Shown in pieces: positions 37,676 through 46,307 of a DNA stretch of 61,623 bases. This stretch comes from Chloroflexota bacterium. GTDB taxonomy: Bacteria > Chloroflexota > UBA11872. The notes under the pieces are model-generated. The model made no database searches. It was not told the DNA's origin and saw only the letters and a list, made by a program, of their open reading frames with translations. Position 1 is the first letter of the stretch, and every line of letters begins with the position of its first letter. The stretch lies in contig JAPPKM010000170.1 of NCBI GenBank assembly GCA_028874315.1, forward strand, positions 1 through 61,623, in the 5' to 3' direction. The position numbers and the translations under genes were made by a program.

Positions 37676-38020
37676 TCAGCTCTTGCGGGCGGCGAGCGCT
37701 TCGGCCTGGGTGGCGTGAATAGGAATGATCTGGTCGAAGCCGCTGACGCTGAAGATCTCGCGAATCGGATCCGACAGCGAGCAGATCGCGAGCGTTGCGT
37801 CCTTGCGTTGCAGGGACTTCGCCGCCAGCAGGATGACGCGCAGGCCCGCACTACTGATATAGGTCAGCCGCTCCATATCCAGGATGACCGCCTGGTCGCT
37901 GGCCTCGATCACCGCCTCCAGGGCGCTCTGGAAGTCGCGGGCGTTGGTCCCGTCCACCCGGCCATCGGCCGTCACTACGATGGCGTTGTCGTTCCACGCC
38001 CACTCGGTGCTAACGCTCAT
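37676..38020 (-). CDS. STAS-domain anti-sigma-factor antagonist (SpoIIAA/RsbV-like)
   Basis: 114 aa; LTYISSAGLRVIL; C-terminus VSGFDQIIPIHATQAEALAA; AAGGAG RBS upstream. Confidence 0.85.
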   Translation of the reverse strand: MSVSTEWAWNDNAIVVTADGRVDGTNARDFQSALEAVIEASDQAVILDMERLTYISSAGLRVILLAAKSLQRKDATLAICSLSDPIREIFSVSGFDQIIPIHATQAEALAARKS

Positions 38021-38513
38021 GGGGTTCGTCTCCTTGCCGGCTCCGGCAGTCTCGCACGCTCGGGGGCCGAATTCACATTCTCTTCAGGCAGCGCCTTGCC
38101 GGCCCGTATCGTGGAGAGGTCGAGGCCACCACTGCCTACGGATCCGCTGACTGCCACAACGCCCACGACATCACCGCCCGAGACCAGCATCTCAGCTTTC
38201 GATATCGACATGGCAGGCAGATCGGCTTGGCCCTGTACGGAAGGCAGCGTCGCCACTTCGCGACTAAGCCCGCGTAGCCTAGCAGAAACCCGTAGCGCTG
38301 GTTGCTCGCGAATGACACCCCTGCGACATTTTAGGGACAACTGCGGTTGGAGCTTTGTGCGCGTGTCTCGGTCCAATCTGAATCAACACCGCTCGCGGCA
38401 CCCGCATCGGCGGCCCGGCGGCCTGCGACCTGAGACCAACTGCGCGGCGCGGCGCGGTATTCAGCCGCCGCGTCCCACGACGGCGCCGCTCGACCCGCGG
38501 CGCCAGGCGCCCG

Positions 38514-39149
38514 GTGGCTAACGGCATGGGGCCTGCGGCGGAAGTAGCTCGATGTGCCGGCCTCCTGGCGTCGGGTGGCATTGCCGCGATCCCAACGGAC
38601 ACGCTCTACGGCCTGGCGGCCAGTATTCGTCAGCCGGACGCTGTGGCTCGCGTGCTGCGGATCAAACGCCGCAATCCCGGTGGTGGAGTTCCCATCCTGG
38701 TCGCCAGCGCGGCCCAGGCCGGCGAGGTGGCGGATATGTCGGCGCAATCTCGCCGCCTGGCGCGGGCGTTCTGGCCTGGGGCGGTCACGCTGGTGCTGCC
38801 CGCACGGACGGACGTCGACCGGCGGCTGCTCGGCCCGAATCGAACGCTCGGCGTACGCGTACCCGCGTCCTGCATCGTGCAAGACCTGATACGCCTCGTT
38901 GGCGCCCCCCTCACGGGAACCAGCGCCAACCTTCACAACGAGCCGCCGCCCATGACCGCCCAGGCGGCGGCCGACGCGGTCGGGCGCCTGGTCGACATGG
39001 TGCTGGACGGCGGCACGGGCGGCGGCGCCCCGTCGACCGTGATCAACCTGGCCTCCGACCCGCCACGAATCCTGCGAGCCGGCGCCGTGGACGCCACAGC
39101 GATTCGCGCCGTCGTGCCGGGGATACGCCCGCCCGGCGAATCCGGCTGA
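38514..39149 (+). CDS. tsaC: L-threonylcarbamoyladenylate synthase (Sua5/YrdC/YwlC family)
   Basis: IPTDTLYGLAAS, LRIKRR, PGAVTLVL, TSANL, PSTVINL motifs. Confidence 0.85.
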   Translation: MANGMGPAAEVARCAGLLASGGIAAIPTDTLYGLAASIRQPDAVARVLRIKRRNPGGGVPILVASAAQAGEVADMSAQSRRLARAFWPGAVTLVLPARTDVDRRLLGPNRTLGVRVPASCIVQDLIRLVGAPLTGTSANLHNEPPPMTAQAAADAVGRLVDMVLDGGTGGGAPSTVINLASDPPRILRAGAVDATAIRAVVPGIRPPGESG

Positions 39150-39559
39150 TGAGCAACGCGCCGGTCCAACTCGTCGGCGACTTCGACGGCGCCGAGGCCC
39201 GCTTTCTGCGCAGCCAGTTCGACGACTGCCAAATCGAGCTCATCGCCCGCTCACTTCGCGACGGGCGCACCGCCCTACTGCGCTGGCAACCCGCCGCGGG
39301 ACTTCCCCCGCACGCCGTCGAGACCACCACGCCCCGCGTGACTGACCGCCGCCGACGGCCGCCCGTCGCCTGGTACGTCCTCGAACACGAACCCGAGATC
39401 TACCTCACCCCCATCGTCTCCGGCCCCGATCTGCGCGACCGCTTCCCGGACCATTTCCCCGCCCACGCCGTCCCGGACCAGCCGGCCCGTACGGGCTGCC
39501 TGCCATTCAGCCGGTGGTTTCTGCCCCTCGCCATAGCAATCGCCCTGGCTTCAGGGTGA
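39149..39559 (+). CDS. hypothetical protein with C-terminal membrane anchor
   Basis: 136 aa; start overlaps the tsaC stop (TGATG); C-terminal FLPLAIAIALA hydrophobic tail. No family recognised. Confidence 0.45.
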   Translation: MSNAPVQLVGDFDGAEARFLRSQFDDCQIELIARSLRDGRTALLRWQPAAGLPPHAVETTTPRVTDRRRRPPVAWYVLEHEPEIYLTPIVSGPDLRDRFPDHFPAHAVPDQPARTGCLPFSRWFLPLAIAIALASG

Positions 39560-39622
39560 AGCCAGGGCGACCACTCGCGATTGCCCGCGCGCGGCGCGGC
39601 CCACGCCTGCTCTGGATGCGCG

Positions 39623-39859
39623 CTAAGCCGCGAGACGGCCCTTGATCTGACCGAGCGAATCCGCGATCGACGCCTGGTAACGCGTCATTTCGGAGTGGTG
39701 ACTCGACAGGCCGCGGACAATGTTCTCCAGCAGCTGCAGGGCGCGCGTCTCCGAATCGGTGCCGCGCGCGCGGCTGCGCCAGCGCACCATCTCGTTGCGC
39801 ACGGCGCGCGCGATGTAGACGGTGACGGCTGAAATGATGCCGATGGTTTCAGGTTCCAT
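39623..39859 (-). CDS. small N-terminally anchored membrane protein (holin-like position after the fibre gene)
   Basis: ATG at 39859 after GAAGGAGGAG RBS; 78 aa; hydrophobic TIGIISAVTVYIA followed by a charged helical region. Confidence 0.5.
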   Translation of the reverse strand: MEPETIGIISAVTVYIARAVRNEMVRWRSRARGTDSETRALQLLENIVRGLSSHHSEMTRYQASIADSLGQIKGRLAA

Positions 39860-39963
39860 GACGGTCTCCTCCTTCGAATGATTGGCGGCGGTGCCAGGTA
39901 TCGGATCGGGCCTCTCGGTACGCCGGCCCGCGTGATTCCAACCGGGATCGTCCACGGCGCGCA

Positions 39964-41016
39964 CTACACGGCTCCAATCGCGAGCCAATAGACGAGCCCC
40001 GGATCCGTGCTGCTGAAATGGCGGCCGTCCCCCGTAGCGGCCTGCAGGGTGAATCCATCAACGCGCAGGTTGGTGCAGCGCGCCACGATCCGCCGCCCGC
40101 CGATGTCCTCTCGCGGAGTGGCCAGCGCCGCGTAGACCGTGCGGAACGAGGTCTCGAACGAGACATCGTGATCGGACCAGTTTTGCGAGAGCACGCCCGC
40201 GACCGAGGCAACGCCCACCTCCGCCCGCCACTGACCGCGGTCCACGTGGTTGGCGGGGGTGCTGTCCTGGAAGTTGGTCAGGCGCAGCGCCTGGTCCAGC
40301 GGATTGGGGGTGAAGGCCGGCGCCAAAGTGCCTTCGGCCAGTTGCAGCCCGTCGAACCAGGCCGTGGTGTCGCCCTGCTTGAGCTTGCACAGCGCCAGCA
40401 AAGTCGGCGCCGCGCTGTCCACGGCAATCGTGACCGTCAGCCACTCCCAGGCCGATCCGCCCGAGTGATAGGCCGAAATTGACGTGGTCACGCCGTCGCC
40501 CAATTCCAGCCGCGCTCGATTCGGGACCGTCGCGTAGACCCAACCGCCCAGCGTGAACGTACGTCCCCGCAGGTAGGTCAGACCGCCCAGGTCGTCGGCC
40601 AGGCCGCGGCGCAGATCGCAGTCGGCGCCCCGCCGCTTCAGGGAGGCGGCATAGCGTCCGTGCTTCACGACCGACGTCGCGCGCGCAATCTGGGCATTGG
40701 CGCCCGACAGCGACCAGCCATCCGGCGCCGCCGTTCCACCGCCGGACCACGATTCAAAGTCGCCGTTCGGCAGGGCGTTGCGAAACTGCTCGGAGTGAAA
40801 CGTGTCCAACGCCAGCTTCGCGGTGGTCACCGCGCCCGTCGCCAGGGCCGCGTCGGTGAGCTGCGGACCTTCGCCCGCCCGGCCCGAGTGGTCGTGTCCC
40901 GAGGCGCCGTTGAACCCGGCGTCAATCAGGTCGGCGTTGTTGTTGAACACGTTGATGTCGTATCGCTCGGCGCCCAGCGGCTTGGTCAGCCGCAGGTTCG
41001 CCGTGGTAGTTGCCAT
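39964..41016 (-). CDS. phage tail fibre-like protein with jelly-roll/CBM-like central domain
   Basis: ATG at 41016 after TAGGAGG. MATTTANLRLTKPLGAERYDINVFNNNADLIDA..GHDHSG resembles the conserved N-terminus of prophage tail fibre/hyaluronidase-like proteins. NGDFESW..GW is CBM-like. Confidence 0.6.
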   Translation of the reverse strand: MATTTANLRLTKPLGAERYDINVFNNNADLIDAGFNGASGHDHSGRAGEGPQLTDAALATGAVTTAKLALDTFHSEQFRNALPNGDFESWSGGGTAAPDGWSLSGANAQIARATSVVKHGRYAASLKRRGADCDLRRGLADDLGGLTYLRGRTFTLGGWVYATVPNRARLELGDGVTTSISAYHSGGSAWEWLTVTIAVDSAAPTLLALCKLKQGDTTAWFDGLQLAEGTLAPAFTPNPLDQALRLTNFQDSTPANHVDRGQWRAEVGVASVAGVLSQNWSDHDVSFETSFRTVYAALATPREDIGGRRIVARCTNLRVDGFTLQAATGDGRHFSSTDPGLVYWLAIGAV

Positions 41017-41027
41017 ATCGCGGCCTC

Positions 41028-43406
41028 CTATAGCCTGGCGAGTTGCGTGTGTAGATAGGCGGCCTGCGTCGCATGCGCGTAGGCCGCCAGACGGTTGTGC
41101 GTGCCCGTGCCGGCGGTCGGCCGGTATTCCGTGGCGGTTACGGGCATCCGCCACTCAAGGTCGCGCCCGGCTTCGCTGCGCCGCGCCTGCGCCTCCGCCC
41201 CGCGAACCAGCACCTCCACGTGCTCGCCGTCCGGGCTCACCAGCACTACCGGCTCGCGCGTGGCCGCCGCGGCGGCGATGGCGCGCTTGATCTCGCGACC
41301 CGATCGACGATCGCGGCGTCCGTCTCGCAGCGGCGCCTGGTCCGCGATCCGGACCACGAACTCGAACACCCGTTTGAAGTCCGCGCGTACGGCATAGGCC
41401 AGGGAGACCGCGTGGATCACGGGCGTTGTCCCGGAGTCGTCGGTATGCAGCGTCAGCCGCACATCAATCGCCGCCGCGGCGGCCTCCGGTCCGAATTCAA
41501 TGCGCTGCCCACTGGTGGCGAAGCGTCCGAGCGGGCGGTACGGCTCGCCATCGCCCAGCCGGTAGGACGCGTCCACCCAGGAAGACGCCGTGAGCCGCTC
41601 GCCGCTCAGCGCCAACGCCAGGAATGCCTTCGGCTGCGCCGCGAACCCCGCGTCGAAGCGGGAAAGGGCCAGATCCGCGGTGACCGCGTAACGGCAGTTG
41701 GGATCGTGCCGGGGATTGGCCGACCCGCGCGGCAGCACCATGGCCGCCAGCGAACCGCCGGTCGCGATATTGAGCCGCGGATTCGGCCCCGGACGGTCCG
41801 ACACCCACATGTGCCGGCATTCCGCCTGCCCCAGGCGCGCGATGGGGTGCCAGGAGTCCTGTTCCTGGCTTAACGCCAGCAACGTTGTTTGCCCGGACTC
41901 ATCCCGCAGGGCGGCGTACAGGTAATGGGCGTCGCCGACGCAGGCGGTCACGCGCCCCCGAATCGGCGAGGCGTTCTGACGCAGGCGTTCCGGACCGGCC
42001 GCTGTCAACTCACCGGGTCGGAACCGGTAGAGCCCCTGCGGCAGGGGCAGCCACAGGGAGCCGCGCCAGACGGCCGCGCCGCGACCATTCGGCGGGCTGG
42101 CGCTTCGCACCGGCTGGGACCACACGTGCTCCGCAACCGCGCCGGCCCCGGTCCCGGGGCGCAGCGCGTAGAGGCCGTCCGCTTTGACCAGATAGGCCGT
42201 ACGTCCCAGGCCCAGCAGTGCATTGATCCCAAACGCCCCGTCGCCCACGGGCGTGCCGTCGGTCCAGGTGGACCCCGACCCGCCGTCCTTCGAGATCGAG
42301 AGCACGGGGCTGCCGGTCTCACGGCTGACCCGCGCCAGTTGCGAGCCCAGCACCAGGAACGCGTCGGCCTTGCGGACCTCGCGAACCGCCATCGCATTGA
42401 TTCGGGTTGAGGAATCCAGCGCCGCCCCAACAGTCAAACGCAGCCAGAAGGCCTCAACGCCGTTGATCGATGTACGCCGCCAGTCGGTCGGTTCAAGGAA
42501 CGCCACGTCGCCGCCGCCGGCCAGCGTCTTGCCGTCTCGCGACGTGCCGTCGGTCAGTCCGTCCACGAGCGTCCAGCGCAGGCCGTCCCAGTACTCCGCC
42601 GTCAACTCGGCGGCGTTACCGTTGGCGGCGGAGTTCATGTCGATGCGAATCGCGGCAAACGGAGCGTCGCCACCAGCCAGCAGCCAGGCGCCATCGCTCG
42701 CCGCGCCCAGCGAGTCCAGGTGCCCGTAGGTCCCCGGGTCCCCATCGCTCAGGGCGCTTGTCAGATCGGCGTAGGTCCGGCCGCTGTCGCCGGTCCGCAA
42801 CACGGCCGCCGGATTGGCGCGCTGACCCGCGTGCTGTGTCCAGGTCGTGCCATCGAACGTCCAGAACGGCCCGTCGGCCGCCGAACCGCCCACGGCCACA
42901 AAGGCCATCGGCCGGTCCGCCCGCCCCTTGAAGACCGTGGCCGAGACAGCCGTCACGCCAGGTTCGAAGGCTTTGGCCAGCGTCCAGGTCCTGCCGCCCT
43001 GCGAACGGTAGACGGCCGAACCCGCCAACACGTACGTGTCGCCGGCCAATTCGAAGTGGTCCGTGATCACTCCGGATGACGCAATGGGCGTCGTCCGGAT
43101 TTCCGGAGGCAACGTGACCTGGTGCGGGATGCGCGTGTCGGCCAATCCGTGGGCGTAGCCGGTCGAGCCGCCGCGCGGCGCGACTCGCTGGCCGAAGCCG
43201 CCCGACAGGTCATCCACGGCCCAGGTCGTTTCGTCTTCGGGCGGGAACTGGGCATAGGACTGGTCGGTCTGGCTCACCCGCGGCGCGAAGAAGTCCAGCT
43301 TGCGCTCGCGCCAGGCCACCTCACCGCCTGGCTCGTTGCTCAGCATGAGACCCACCCCATCCACTCGGCAGTCGTAGGGATACGGCGGGCGGTTTCCGCG
43401 CGGCAT
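41028..43406 (-). CDS. large phage structural protein with Asp-box (BNR-like) beta-propeller repeats (tail nozzle/baseplate candidate)
   Basis: 792 aa. The start directly follows the stop of the upstream gene (TAG ATG, with GGAGG inside the upstream 3' end). Asp-box-like SISKDGGSGSTW and YRSQGGRTW. Confidence 0.55.
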   Translation of the reverse strand: MPRGNRPPYPYDCRVDGVGLMLSNEPGGEVAWRERKLDFFAPRVSQTDQSYAQFPPEDETTWAVDDLSGGFGQRVAPRGGSTGYAHGLADTRIPHQVTLPPEIRTTPIASSGVITDHFELAGDTYVLAGSAVYRSQGGRTWTLAKAFEPGVTAVSATVFKGRADRPMAFVAVGGSAADGPFWTFDGTTWTQHAGQRANPAAVLRTGDSGRTYADLTSALSDGDPGTYGHLDSLGAASDGAWLLAGGDAPFAAIRIDMNSAANGNAAELTAEYWDGLRWTLVDGLTDGTSRDGKTLAGGGDVAFLEPTDWRRTSINGVEAFWLRLTVGAALDSSTRINAMAVREVRKADAFLVLGSQLARVSRETGSPVLSISKDGGSGSTWTDGTPVGDGAFGINALLGLGRTAYLVKADGLYALRPGTGAGAVAEHVWSQPVRSASPPNGRGAAVWRGSLWLPLPQGLYRFRPGELTAAGPERLRQNASPIRGRVTACVGDAHYLYAALRDESGQTTLLALSQEQDSWHPIARLGQAECRHMWVSDRPGPNPRLNIATGGSLAAMVLPRGSANPRHDPNCRYAVTADLALSRFDAGFAAQPKAFLALALSGERLTASSWVDASYRLGDGEPYRPLGRFATSGQRIEFGPEAAAAAIDVRLTLHTDDSGTTPVIHAVSLAYAVRADFKRVFEFVVRIADQAPLRDGRRDRRSGREIKRAIAAAAATREPVVLVSPDGEHVEVLVRGAEAQARRSEAGRDLEWRMPVTATEYRPTAGTGTHNRLAAYAHATQAAYLHTQLARL

Positions 43407-44612
43407 CTACCAGCCTCCACTCAACATCACCCGCCGGGTGGCCCGCGGACGATAGAGGCGAGAGAGATGCTGAAACTCCAGCGCGGCATCACGCTGCAGC
43501 GCCGCATAGCGCGCCACGTCCCCCGCCGGTGCGTCTCGGTTGAGGTGTCGGTACACCTCCACCACCGCCCCTTGCGCCACCCAGTCCACCGGGGCGTCGG
43601 TGGTGGCGTCGTCGGTAGCCAGCGGGTCGTACGCGCGCAGCCCTTCGATCAGCAACGTCTCGCCGGCGCTCGGCGGTGGATCCACCTCCAGCCATAGCCC
43701 GTGACCCATCGTTCCCGGGTTGGCTGCCGTGCGCCACCAGGCCGCCGCCGACATCACGCGCTCGGGGTGGTCGGCCGCGCGCCGCCAGACTTCGACGACT
43801 TGCTGCCGGTGCGTGATCCAGCCCGGCAGCGCGGAGCGCCGTCGGTTGGCCACCTGCAGAATCACCTGCATCCAGCGCGTCACCGCGTCGGCCTCCAGGC
43901 CACCCAGGCGGACCTCGATGTCCTCGCATCCGTCAGGGATGACGAATGCCAGTCGCAGCCGTCGCCGGGTCTGGCCTGTGCCCTCGGTCGCGCCCAGGTC
44001 AACATTTCGGCTGAGATCGCGCACCGACAGTCGAGCCGTGGAGCCGCCCGGAGCCACGGATGCTTCCAGGGTGTGCGCCTGCCCCGGCAGTACGGCCAGG
44101 CTGGTCGATGCCGCAAAGCCGCCCGCTGCCGTGTTCGTCACGTCCAGGCTGGTAGCGCCACCGGCCGCAGCCTTGGCCACGGTCGCATTCCAGGCACGCC
44201 AGGCCCGGGCGTCCGGGCTCCCCATGTCGCCGTCCGCCAGCGCCGTCAGCGGCGCCAGGGTCTGAAACCAACAGCGCGTGAGCGTGGCGTCGATCGCCGC
44301 GTCGACCACCTCGGGCGCAACCAGGCGTGACAGTTCATAGGACGCGGTCTGCACCGGATGCGGAAACGCCCGGCTGACCGTGATTGACCCTGACGCCGGG
44401 TCGTAGGCGGCCACCCGCCGGGTCTCGCCGGCGTTTCGACCGTCCAACACCAGCACCCAGCTGTCCACCCACAGGTCGGCGGATGCGGTTGAATCCTGCA
44501 GCCGTGCCGCGTCGACCAGGGTCACCGTGGACCCGCCCTCCGCCGTTCCGGTCAAAAACGGCGCCAGCCGCCGCGCAACTCGATGCCGCAGCGCGCGCCG
44601 CGTGACGCTCAT
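43407..44612 (-). CDS. phage structural protein, function unknown (adaptor/tail candidate)
   Basis: 401 aa; ATGA overlap with the upstream 84-aa gene. The central segment looks like a jelly-roll insertion. No family recognised. Confidence 0.55.
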   Translation of the reverse strand: MSVTRRALRHRVARRLAPFLTGTAEGGSTVTLVDAARLQDSTASADLWVDSWVLVLDGRNAGETRRVAAYDPASGSITVSRAFPHPVQTASYELSRLVAPEVVDAAIDATLTRCWFQTLAPLTALADGDMGSPDARAWRAWNATVAKAAAGGATSLDVTNTAAGGFAASTSLAVLPGQAHTLEASVAPGGSTARLSVRDLSRNVDLGATEGTGQTRRRLRLAFVIPDGCEDIEVRLGGLEADAVTRWMQVILQVANRRRSALPGWITHRQQVVEVWRRAADHPERVMSAAAWWRTAANPGTMGHGLWLEVDPPPSAGETLLIEGLRAYDPLATDDATTDAPVDWVAQGAVVEVYRHLNRDAPAGDVARYAALQRDAALEFQHLSRLYRPRATRRVMLSGGW

Positions 44613-44863
44613 GGTCGGGCTTCCGGGCGCTGCGTCTCACCCTGGTTCCACGCCGCTCGCTGCGAATCCAGGGTCTCCGGATCGGCTGCACCGTGATCGC
44701 GCAGGCGCGTTGCCTGGCGCTCGCGCATGGCCAGCGCCGTGTCTCGTGCTTCCTGCCGGTCAGGCGTGATCACCAGGATCTGGCGCCCGCCCGGCGCTCC
44801 GGGAAAGCGGTGGATCAGGCGCCGCGCCGGGCGGCGCCTGATCCAGATGATGGGAGCGTGCAT
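44609..44863 (-). CDS. small phage-associated hypothetical protein
   Basis: 84 aa; strong AGGAGGAGG RBS 9 nt upstream of the ATG; coupled (ATGA) to the downstream gene. Confidence 0.55.
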   Translation of the reverse strand: MHAPIIWIRRRPARRLIHRFPGAPGGRQILVITPDRQEARDTALAMRERQATRLRDHGAADPETLDSQRAAWNQGETQRPEARP

Positions 44864-44895
44864 GTGCCGCTGCCTCCTCCTGGAACCGTCCGGGC

Positions 44896-45750
44896 TTAGC
44901 TGGACGGGGTGGACGCGTCGAAGTACATCTCCACGCCCCAGGCGTCCGCGTATTCGCCCAGGCCGTAGTCCGCCACGACATTCAGCTCCCAGGCCCGCAG
45001 CGAAGCGTCGCGCTGCCGTTCCACGGCCCAGTCCTTGAACATCACCAGCACCAGCGCCTCCTTGGAAAACACCGCGCCCTTGGCGTCGTCGCTGGCGTCC
45101 ACGTCCAGGTTTCCGGCCTGAAAGATGTCAACCCCGAAGGCGCGCGCCACCCAGTGGTTCTCCAGCACCGTCTGCGAGATGCCGGCCGGCACGGGGTACG
45201 TGCCCGTGGGGGAAATGTCGGCGGCCAGGTCGTGCGCCTGGTACGGATGCAGCACCGCGTGGAACGGCTGCGGCGCCGGTTCAGCCGCGCCGTGCAGGCG
45301 CGACACCGCCGCCCGCAGGTGCCCCACCGAGATGTTCTTGCCGGCCCCGCCCAGCGACGCGCTGAAGCTGTCCAGCAGTCCCAGCAGGTCGTCGTCCAAC
45401 TTGCGGGCGATCGCGTCGCCCAGCACTCGGCCGGCGGCCCGGGCCATGTCCTCCCTGGCCGTTCGCAGCGCCCGGTCGGTCAGTACGATCTGCGCCCCCA
45501 CTTCGGCCGGCGTGATCGTCACGTTGCTGGTGGTCAGGGTTTGCGGGTTGGTCATGTCCACGCCCTCGGTCAGGGCGGCCGCGGACACCGTGCCGAACTT
45601 GGGAATCTCCAGCTTGTCGCCGGCTCCGCGCGGAACGCGGTACGTCCGCACCAACGGTTCCATGACCGTCCGGTGCATCTGCGTGCGGCGGGCTTCGGCA
45701 ATCACCGTGTCCACCACGTCGCCAATTGAATCGCTCGTCGTAATCGCCAC
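44896..45750 (-). CDS. putative major capsid protein
   Basis: GTG at 45750 after GGAGGA (6-nt spacer) gives 284 aa. Assigned by position at the head of the structural operon and by overall resemblance to HK97-type capsid sequences; not verified. Confidence 0.5.
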   Translation of the reverse strand: MAITTSDSIGDVVDTVIAEARRTQMHRTVMEPLVRTYRVPRGAGDKLEIPKFGTVSAAALTEGVDMTNPQTLTTSNVTITPAEVGAQIVLTDRALRTAREDMARAAGRVLGDAIARKLDDDLLGLLDSFSASLGGAGKNISVGHLRAAVSRLHGAAEPAPQPFHAVLHPYQAHDLAADISPTGTYPVPAGISQTVLENHWVARAFGVDIFQAGNLDVDASDDAKGAVFSKEALVLVMFKDWAVERQRDASLRAWELNVVADYGLGEYADAWGVEMYFDASTPSS

Positions 45751-46014
45751 TGCGTCTCCTCCGGAGCGCCCGCCGATGCGCGGCGCTCGAATTGCCTGAT
45801 GTCGGTGTGACGCCGCTCGTGGGCGTCGGCTCGGCGAAACCGCGCTTCGCCGGCGCTCGGTCTGTCGGGGCACGTCAGGTCCGACCCTGACCATCTGGGG
45901 ACGGCGGGCGCGCACCGAACCCGAAATCCCATCGGGCGATGCGCGTATCTCCGCCGCCCCCGTGCTCCGCACAAGCGCGCTGGGTCGCTGATGACGCCGT
46001 CGTCGCGTTCCCCG

Positions 46015-46139
46015 GATCAGCTGCCGTCGGCGAGCAGCGATGAACTCGCTCCGTTCGCCCGGCAGCGGTCGGATCAGGTGACGCGGGCCGCCGCGGCCCC
46101 GCTTCGGCCGACCCCCGCTCGTCCGGCGGAATTGATCAG
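46015..46139. repeat. three GATCAG(GT) motifs spaced 57 and 62 nt in the untranslated region upstream of the capsid-like gene
   Basis: GGATCAGCT at 46014-46022, GGATCAGGT at 46071-46079, TGATCAGGT at 46133-46141. Confidence 0.5.
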
Positions 46140-46159
46140 GTCCGAAGCGCTACACGACG

Positions 46160-46188
46160 ATTGTACACAATACGATTACGACGCGCAA
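46160..46188 (-). promoter_or_regulatory. candidate sigma-70-type promoter TTGCGC-17-TACAAT reading toward the capsid block
   Basis: Minus strand: TTGCGC gtcgtaATCGTATTgtg TACAAT. It shares ATCGTATT and GTGTACAAT with the portal promoter at 56845-56873. Confidence 0.4.
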
Positions 46189-46307
46189 CCCGACGTGGCC
46201 GGCCACCCACCAGCCTTTCCTGGGCATTCCGCGCTTTTCGGGCTTCCCTTGCCCTTGGCCTACGGCTACGATGCTTATGTCTTCCGGGTAGCCAACGGAG
46301 GCGGCGG

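Noticed and set aside
38021-38035. GGGGTTCGTCTCC, which superficially resembles a tRNA T-arm; I also looked for tRNA or tmRNA genes as possible integration targets at the element borders.
   Set aside because: There is no acceptor stem, anticodon arm or CCA context around it. It is the complement of the STAS gene's RBS. I recognised no tRNA-like structure near 39560-39622 or 57603-57960; a tRNAscan/ARAGORN run should confirm this.
38017-38208. 64-aa ORF (MSISKAEMLVSGGDVVGVVAVSG...) ending in an ATGA overlap with the first STAS gene.
   Set aside because: The ATGA overlap is suggestive. However, third-position G+C, counted by hand, is only about two-thirds, which looks lower than the pronounced third-position GC bias I would expect of real genes in DNA this GC-rich (not measured here). 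The ORF's 3' end is simply the AAGGAG RBS region of the STAS gene, and no family was recognised. This is not enough to call a gene; proteomics or conservation could revive it.
39547-39622. Possible att site or direct repeats bounding the phage-like region (left 39560-39622, right 57603-57960), including the hairpins GGCTTCA-ggg-TGAAGCC and AGAGACCGCC-ctca-GGCGGTCTCT (57774-57797).
   Set aside because: I could not find a shared direct repeat of 12 nt or more by eye. The hairpins are plausible terminators or structures, not att cores. A computational repeat search is needed before claiming boundaries.
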